From Candidatus Bathyarchaeia archaeon (GTDB lineage Archaea > Thermoproteota > Bathyarchaeia > 40CM-2-53-6): DNA of 64,000 nt. The stretch lies in the NCBI GenBank assembly GCA_049517415.1, contig JBEKSC010000006.1, forward strand, positions 17,228 through 81,227. The letters run 5' to 3'. Within the stretch, counting starts at the first letter, position 1. Each line of letters opens with the position of its first letter. Below, in pieces: positions 58,488 to 64,000 of the stretch. The position numbers and the translations under genes were made by a program. The notes beneath the pieces were generated by a model. The model was not told where the DNA came from. It saw only the letters and a list, made by a program, of their open reading frames with translations, and did not search any database.

Positions 58488-59105
58488 ATGCTCAATTCCC
58501 CCTTATATAAGGTGACCAACCTGCCGGGCAAGAAGGCATTCATAAACATCGAAAACGTCGTCGCCTCGGCTACTCTTCATCAAAACATTGACTTGAATTC
58601 AATTGTTCGCGTATTTCCCGGCGTCGAGTACCGACCTGAACAATTCCCCGGCCTAGTGTACCGGTTGAAGAAACCGAAAACGGCGACACTAATTTTCAGC
58701 TCGGGAAAGATGGTTTGCACTGGTGCAAAGTCGGAGCGGCAAGCTCGAAAAGCCGTGATGAAAGTTGTCGATGAACTGAAAAGGAATGGCATCGTCATAC
58801 TTGGCAAGCCGGAAATTCAGATTCAAAACATCGTTGCCTCAGCTGGCCTCGGCGGATACATCGACTTGGAGAAATCCACCTACTCGCTGAAACGCACAAT
58901 GTACGAACCAGAGCAATTTCCAGGCTTAATCTATAGAATGGACGACCCGAAGGTCGTCATACTTCTATTCGCGAGTGGAAAATTGGTCTGCACTGGGGCG
59001 AAGAAGGAAACTGAAGTTCACAGGGCCGTTACTAAACTTCAAGAAACCCTTGAGGAAAAAGTTCTCATTGCGTACGAAGGAGCCGAGGCACCTCCCAAGT
59101 CTTAA
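58488..59105 (+). CDS. tbp: TATA-box binding protein
   Basis: Two repeats of NxVAS...YxPEQFPGL.YR...P....L.FxSGKxVCTGAK. True start probably 58512 (GTG) or 58521 (CTG). Confidence 0.98.
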   Translation: MLNSPLYKVTNLPGKKAFINIENVVASATLHQNIDLNSIVRVFPGVEYRPEQFPGLVYRLKKPKTATLIFSSGKMVCTGAKSERQARKAVMKVVDELKRNGIVILGKPEIQIQNIVASAGLGGYIDLEKSTYSLKRTMYEPEQFPGLIYRMDDPKVVILLFASGKLVCTGAKKETEVHRAVTKLQETLEEKVLIAYEGAEAPPKS

Positions 59106-59150
59106 GGGCGAAACCGAAAATAAGCAAGGTCCGCCAGTAGCTTCTATTGA

Positions 59151-59420
59151 TTGGCGATGGCGGAGAAACGAAAGATCGGAGCCTACGTTCTGATTAAGAT
59201 CGCTCCAGGCAAGTCGAGGAGCATTGTCGAGCAGTTATCGAAGGTTGAAGGTGTGAAGACAGCGCACCCGGTCACAGGGATGTTCGATATTATCGCATAC
59301 CTTGAAGCTGCCGACATCAACAGCCTCACTGGAACCGTGAGGACACGCATACAACCATTAGGCGGCGTGCTTCGCACGCACACGGCGATAGTGGGTGAAC
59401 TCGTCACCACAGGTGACTGA
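59151..59420 (+). CDS. stand-alone Lrp/AsnC ligand-binding domain protein
   Basis: AYVLIK...HPVTGMFDIIAYLE...GVLRTHTAIV. Confidence 0.92.
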   Translation: MAMAEKRKIGAYVLIKIAPGKSRSIVEQLSKVEGVKTAHPVTGMFDIIAYLEAADINSLTGTVRTRIQPLGGVLRTHTAIVGELVTTGD

Positions 59421-59464
59421 GACCCGGAACTCGCTTATTCTTGAAGGTTATTCGAAGTTATGCT

Positions 59465-60007
59465 CTACTTGCGCTTACTAGTAGACTTCGATTCGCTATA
59501 TTCAACTAGGATGATTAACGCAATTAATAGAATTATGAGAGTAATCCCTAGAGGCCCGCGGAGTTCTAGGCTTATCAGCCCGATGTAAGGGACCTTCATT
59601 ACGTATACTCCCATGAGATTCTCAGCCGGCACCCTCCAGCCATCCTGAACACTATTGTGGTCGCCCTTAGTTTCAAAGAAGAGTGAACTTCCATTGTTAA
59701 CAACAGCAATGACGCGATGGACTATCGGCATATCATACTCGTACGGACTGTGGAAGATGATGATCGTTCCCACCGTCACGGTTTGTGGGTCGACGCCCCG
59801 AACAATGATGATGTCCCCAACGTTCAGTACGGGAACCATGCTTCCCGATGATACGACCATCAACGGGGAATCGGTGTGAAGCGCCAAACGCATCACTTCA
59901 ACCCCGCCATAAGTTGCCGCGAAAAGTATAGCGATAAGTATCAAGACTCGCACAGTAGGATTCTTGAATGCTCGGACGGCCTTTGAGGAGGTATTGTCCT
60001 TGGACAA
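59465..60007 (-). CDS. signal peptidase I (Sec11/SipW type)
   Basis: VSSGSMVP, GDII, IVHRV, TKGDHN, VPYIG. Confidence 0.95.
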   Translation of the reverse strand: MSKDNTSSKAVRAFKNPTVRVLILIAILFAATYGGVEVMRLALHTDSPLMVVSSGSMVPVLNVGDIIIVRGVDPQTVTVGTIIIFHSPYEYDMPIVHRVIAVVNNGSSLFFETKGDHNSVQDGWRVPAENLMGVYVMKVPYIGLISLELRGPLGITLIILLIALIILVEYSESKSTSKRK

Positions 60008-60071
60008 GCTTAGGTCGCACTTCGAAACCGTTCATCATTGATATTTCTTTCGCATTCGCCAGGAGCCTGAT

Positions 60072-60416
60072 TCAGGACTTTGAAGCCGACGGCTGCACTT
60101 GCATGAGTCGCGCAAGTTCAAGCGTGGCGCGCTCTCCGGCTTCCAAGAAACTTATTCCGCCTTCGGTGATTTTGTAGATGCGACGGCCGCGGCCCTTTTC
60201 CGATTCCCATTCTCCTTGAATGTAACCGTCCTCTTCAAGTGAATGGAGTAAAGGATAGAGTGTTCCCGCGCTTAGGTAAACTCGATACTTGTCTCGGATT
60301 GCAATATTCACTTCGTAACCCCATTGAGGCTTCGCGCGTAGCAGCCTAAGTATGATTAGGTCAAGGTTGTTCTTGACCACCCGTTCTCGCCAATCTTTCT
60401 CCATGTTTCTTATCAA
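60072..60416 (-). CDS. PadR family transcriptional regulator
   Basis: GYEV...SAGTLYPLLHSLEEDGYI...RRIYKITEGG. Confidence 0.93.
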   Translation of the reverse strand: MIRNMEKDWRERVVKNNLDLIILRLLRAKPQWGYEVNIAIRDKYRVYLSAGTLYPLLHSLEEDGYIQGEWESEKGRGRRIYKITEGGISFLEAGERATLELARLMQVQPSASKS

Positions 60417-60543
60417 GCGTTAAGCCTCGCAACTTAGCATGCAAGCGACTAATGCGATACCGTTACTGCCTTCACGCCCTGAATTATAAGTTCCCATTGG
60501 TTTCGGGCAATAGGGCAAGAAGCCGGTCAGTGATGTTTACTAA

Positions 60544-60771
60544 TTATTCAACGATGCTGACTTGGCTTCCTTGACCGAGGCCAAGTGGCTGCTCCTCGAA
60601 TTTCACCACTAGGAAGTCTGTCTCAATCCCGATGACTTTGCCTTTGAAGTTTTTTGTCTTCGAGAATTGGAAGCTTGCATCGTGCCCTATGAAACGATCC
60701 AAGTCGGTCTCGGAGACCGTTATCCATGCCTTGTTTTCAGCGTCGTCAAATGTGATAACTACACCTATCAA
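60544..60771 (-). CDS. divergent ribosomal protein L35Ae-like beta-barrel protein
   Basis: IGVVITF...RFIG...FKGKVIG...VVKFEEQPLGLGQGSQVSI follows the archaeal L35Ae pattern. Start trimmed to TTG 60771. Confidence 0.55.
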   Translation of the reverse strand: MIGVVITFDDAENKAWITVSETDLDRFIGHDASFQFSKTKNFKGKVIGIETDFLVVKFEEQPLGLGQGSQVSIVE

Positions 60772-60857
60772 CCTAGCCGACCTAGTTTGGTAGGTAACTG
60801 TTGTAAGTCTTGAAGTTTTCCAACCGACATAGGCCATTGACTTTGATTTTTAGGCCT

Positions 60858-61331
60858 CTACTTGCCTATTTCCTCCAGTCTGTGCCTTCGTCTTTCCTCA
60901 GCCTCCTTCCAGCGACGTTTTTCCTCGTCCGTCTCGGCTTTCAAAGGAGGGACTTGGATAGGCCTATGAGACTTGTCGAGGGCGACGCAGGTGAGGAAAC
61001 ATGTGCCCGTGTGCCGAACTTCTCCTGTTATGGGATTCTCTGCTTCGACGCGGACACCAATTTCCATCGAAGTCCTGTGAACATAATTGATGGAACCGAT
61101 TAGTCGTAGCATGTCGCCGATGTAGACTGGGGAATAGAAGTCCATTCGGTCTATCGATGCAGTTACCACGTTGCTGCGGGCGTGCTTGAAGGCAACGATG
61201 GATGCTGCTTCATCAATCATTCTGAGAATGCTTCCGCCGAACACGTTTCCCGCTACATTCGCATCCATGGGCATCATTATTCGGACCATGGTGGTTGAGG
61301 ATTGGCTTGGGGTCTTGGAGGTTTGAGCCAT
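60858..61331 (-). CDS. acyl-CoA thioesterase (hotdog fold)
   Basis: DANVAGNVFGG...DEAA, VTAS, TSMEIGV. Confidence 0.93.
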   Translation of the reverse strand: MAQTSKTPSQSSTTMVRIMMPMDANVAGNVFGGSILRMIDEAASIVAFKHARSNVVTASIDRMDFYSPVYIGDMLRLIGSINYVHRTSMEIGVRVEAENPITGEVRHTGTCFLTCVALDKSHRPIQVPPLKAETDEEKRRWKEAEERRRHRLEEIGK

Positions 61332-61538
61332 GATTATTGACCGAATGTCAAGGGAGGTGACCTTAGGGAATAATGGTTTCTCCGGTTGAATTCAGGGGCG
61401 TGGGTCGATTCGAGAGCCTTCACGAGTGGATCTACCCAAGAATTGGTTGTTTAGGCACCCACACCTTTCACCTTAGTTTTGGTTTGGAAAGAATTAATAT
61501 AGATAAGAGCGAATGGCCGCCTTAGTTCACCTTGTACG

Positions 61539-63215
61539 GTGGTTAATATGGAGACAATTCAGGTAGAAAGGGCCGAGACTAAGCTAATCAGGGAAACCAG
61601 AAGCATATGCCCTGATTGCAACAGGATTCTTGCCGCAAATGTCTTCGAGCGTGAAGGCAAGATTTGGTTAGGCAAAACTTGTCCGGAACATGGCGAGATA
61701 GAGGAGCTGTACTTCGGTTCCGCCGACATGTACTACAAATTCGCTAAATTCTCCCATAATGGCAAAGGTATCGAAAACCCAAACGTCCCGTTGGAGAAGT
61801 GTGCTTGCCCAACTAACTGCGGCCTATGTACGAGTCACCTTAGCCACTCAGGGCTAACGAACCTCGTAATCACCAACCGCTGCGACCTAACCTGTTGGTA
61901 CTGTTTCTTCTACGCTAAGAAAGGAGTCGAGGGCGCATACGTCTATGAACCCACACAGGCAAAGATTCGTGAAATGGTTCAAGTCCTCCGCGCTGAGAGG
62001 CCTGTACCAGGCAATGCAATCCAAATCACAGGCGGAGAACCAACGCTACGGGAAGACCTACCCGAAATCATCCGAATATGCAAGGAAGAAGGCGTTGAGC
62101 ACATCCAGCTGAACAGTAATGCAATCAATATGGCACAAGATCCCGACCTCGCAAGGCGAGTCAGGGAAGCCGGAGTCAATACAGTTTACATGAGCTTCGA
62201 CGGTGTCACCCCAAGAACGAACCCGAAGAACCATTGGGAAGCACCCATTGCAATTGAAAACTGCCGACAAGCAGGACTAGGAGTAGTCCTCGTCCCGACA
62301 GTCATCAAGAGCATAAATGACCACGAATTAGGCGGCCTCATCAGATTCGGCCAAAGAAACATGGACGTAATCCACGCTGTGAACTTCCAGCCAGTCTCGT
62401 TGACAGGTCGGCTGAGCAAGTCCGAGCGCGAGAAATACCGAATAACGATTCCAGACTGCATCGAACGCATCGAAGAGCAGACGAACGGAGAAGTTCGAAG
62501 GGAAGATTGGTTCCCGGTCCCAAGCTGCGTTCCAATAACTCACTTCGTCGAAGCACTAACGAAACGCCCAAGATACGAGCTCTCAATCCACTTTGCTTGC
62601 GGAGCTGGCACCTACGTATTCAAAGAGGGCGACAAGCTAGTTCCGATCGCATCGTTCGTTGACCTAGAAGGCCTCCTCGAATACTTGGAAGAGAAGGCTG
62701 ATGAGCTTAAGGCTGGCAAGAACAAATACCTCGTCGTTGCGAAAGTGCTCGCTAAGATGGGCACCTTCATCGATAGAAGCAAACAACCAAAGGGCCTAGC
62801 ACTCAGTAAGCTCCTCTTCAACGCACTAGTAAAGAACGACTACAGCTCCCTCGGAGCATTCCACCACAAATCCATGTTCCTAGGCATGATGCACTTCATG
62901 GACAAGTACAACCACGACGAAGAACGCCTCCGAAGATGCGACATTCACTACCTGAGCCCAGACATGAGAATCATCCCGTTCTGCGCGTTCAACGTAATTC
63001 CAGAGTGGTATAGGGACGCGATACAACCAAAGTACGGAATCCCAATCGAACAATGGGAGAAAGAACACAAGACGACCCTCGAACAAGGATTGTACAAGGG
63101 CACGCTCAGAAAGGGTAAGGGACACGCAGCAGGTTGCGGATGCCCACTCGGCGCACTAAACACACCAAGCTCCGAATTACTCTCAATCGAGAACGGCATG
63201 ATAAAGGGCAAGTAA
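61539..63215 (+). CDS. tes: tetraether lipid synthase (radical SAM, Tes/GDGT-MAS)
   Basis: N-terminal SICPDC...CPEHG, CPTNCGLC..H, TNRCDLTCWYCF, NFQPVS, C-terminal RCDIHY...IPFC. Confidence 0.9.
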   Translation: MVNMETIQVERAETKLIRETRSICPDCNRILAANVFEREGKIWLGKTCPEHGEIEELYFGSADMYYKFAKFSHNGKGIENPNVPLEKCACPTNCGLCTSHLSHSGLTNLVITNRCDLTCWYCFFYAKKGVEGAYVYEPTQAKIREMVQVLRAERPVPGNAIQITGGEPTLREDLPEIIRICKEEGVEHIQLNSNAINMAQDPDLARRVREAGVNTVYMSFDGVTPRTNPKNHWEAPIAIENCRQAGLGVVLVPTVIKSINDHELGGLIRFGQRNMDVIHAVNFQPVSLTGRLSKSEREKYRITIPDCIERIEEQTNGEVRREDWFPVPSCVPITHFVEALTKRPRYELSIHFACGAGTYVFKEGDKLVPIASFVDLEGLLEYLEEKADELKAGKNKYLVVAKVLAKMGTFIDRSKQPKGLALSKLLFNALVKNDYSSLGAFHHKSMFLGMMHFMDKYNHDEERLRRCDIHYLSPDMRIIPFCAFNVIPEWYRDAIQPKYGIPIEQWEKEHKTTLEQGLYKGTLRKGKGHAAGCGCPLGALNTPSSELLSIENGMIKGK

Positions 63216-63383
63216 GCCATAACACGGCTTCGCCCTTCACCGTATTTTTCCTTCCATCTTCGGCGCTACTGTAGATTCCGCGCCGGATTTGCTTGCATCA
63301 AAATCCGACAATCTGTAAACCTGAACATTTTTGTGTTGAACCAATTCTTAGTTTAAGTAGGATTTCGGTGAGGAGGCTCTGGC

Positions 63384-64000
63384 ATGGAACCCGATTATGA
63401 TGTCATAATCGCCGGGGCCGGAATTGCAGGAATGATTACCGCAGCATCTGCAGCAAAGCACTCTAATCAGAATCTTAAGATCTTAGTCGTTGACCGGAAC
63501 CCTAGGTCTCAAGCAGGAATGAAAACAGCGACTGGTTGGGTTTGCGGAGACGCAGTCAGCAAGAACAGCATAGATTACTTGGCCTCAGAGGTAGGGATGC
63601 AGTATGGCAAACCTGAGCTGGAGCAAGCCGTCCATGGCGTGGTCGCATATTCCCCAGACCATCAATCAAAAGCCATGTTCGACGGAGAGGGGTTCGTATT
63701 AAACCGAAAACTCCTGCCCCAGAGGCAGTTGAAAGACGCGGAAAAACTTGGCGCAGAATTCCTGTTCGAGGCCTATGCTGACGCCCTCGTCCACGAGGAC
63801 GGTTTCATCAAAGGCATTCATTGCAGATCCTCGAAGGATAACTCCAGCTTCAAGAAAACTGCGAAGCTAGTTGTGGACGCCACGGGATCAGCCTCGCGCC
63901 TCCGAACAAGCCTTCCAATAAACAGCTATATCGAGAAAGAGATCGATAAGCAAAATGACATGGAATCAACCGGACGATACATTCTCAAATTTGACGTTGC
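63384..64000 (+). CDS. geranylgeranyl reductase family flavoprotein, runs off the window edge
   Basis: Manual translation MEPDYDVIIAGAGIAG...VCGDAVSK...LNR...VVDATG, with a GGAGG RBS upstream. Confidence 0.88.
   Translation, partial: MEPDYDVIIAGAGIAGMITAASAAKHSNQNLKILVVDRNPRSQAGMKTATGWVCGDAVSKNSIDYLASEVGMQYGKPELEQAVHGVVAYSPDHQSKAMFDGEGFVLNRKLLPQRQLKDAEKLGAEFLFEAYADALVHEDGFIKGIHCRSSKDNSSFKKTAKLVVDATGSASRLRTSLPINSYIEKEIDKQNDMESTGRYILKFDV

Noticed and set aside
1-64000. Numerous 60-200 aa ORFs antisense to or overlapping recognised genes
   Set aside because: They are shadow frames of well-supported genes and have no motifs of their own
1-64000. CRISPR array or rRNA
   Set aside because: No regularly spaced 25-40 bp repeats, cas genes or rRNA signatures were seen

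Overview
This is archaeal chromosomal DNA of the TACK group. Bathyarchaeia-like affiliation is an inference from TFE, aTrm56, aMBF1, NAC, A-type ATPase A/B/D, L38e, TBP, tetraether synthase Tes, geranylgeranyl reductase and five stand-alone Lrp/AsnC ligand-binding domains. Most of the window is housekeeping or metabolic. No rRNA and no CRISPR array were seen. Four regions stand out. (1) 38619-39571: an intron-containing tRNA-Val(GAC) whose 3' end doubles as the antisense C-terminus of an HTH-LAGLIDADG endonuclease gene. A second, differently paired tRNA 3' end lies 858 bp away, suggesting an integrase-free element that swaps the tRNA 3' end. (2) 53839-58441: a 4.6-kb IS6-family element with passenger genes, bipartite inverted ends, an 8-bp target duplication, an IR-like sequence abutting the target and a divergent AbrB-like regulator with four palindromic boxes. 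It sits directly upstream of the tbp promoter. (3) 30069-31503: a ribbon-helix-helix/nucleotidyltransferase fusion is divergent from two paralogous zinc-ribbon microproteins that share a GTAWTAC-N16-GTATTAC promoter architecture, next to a divergent ppsA/ppdK pair. (4) 47287-53765: a surface-protein island of repeat proteins with PGF-like sorting signals. Several small genes and pseudogenes missing from the ORF track were read manually. All product calls rest on motif recognition only; no database searches were run.
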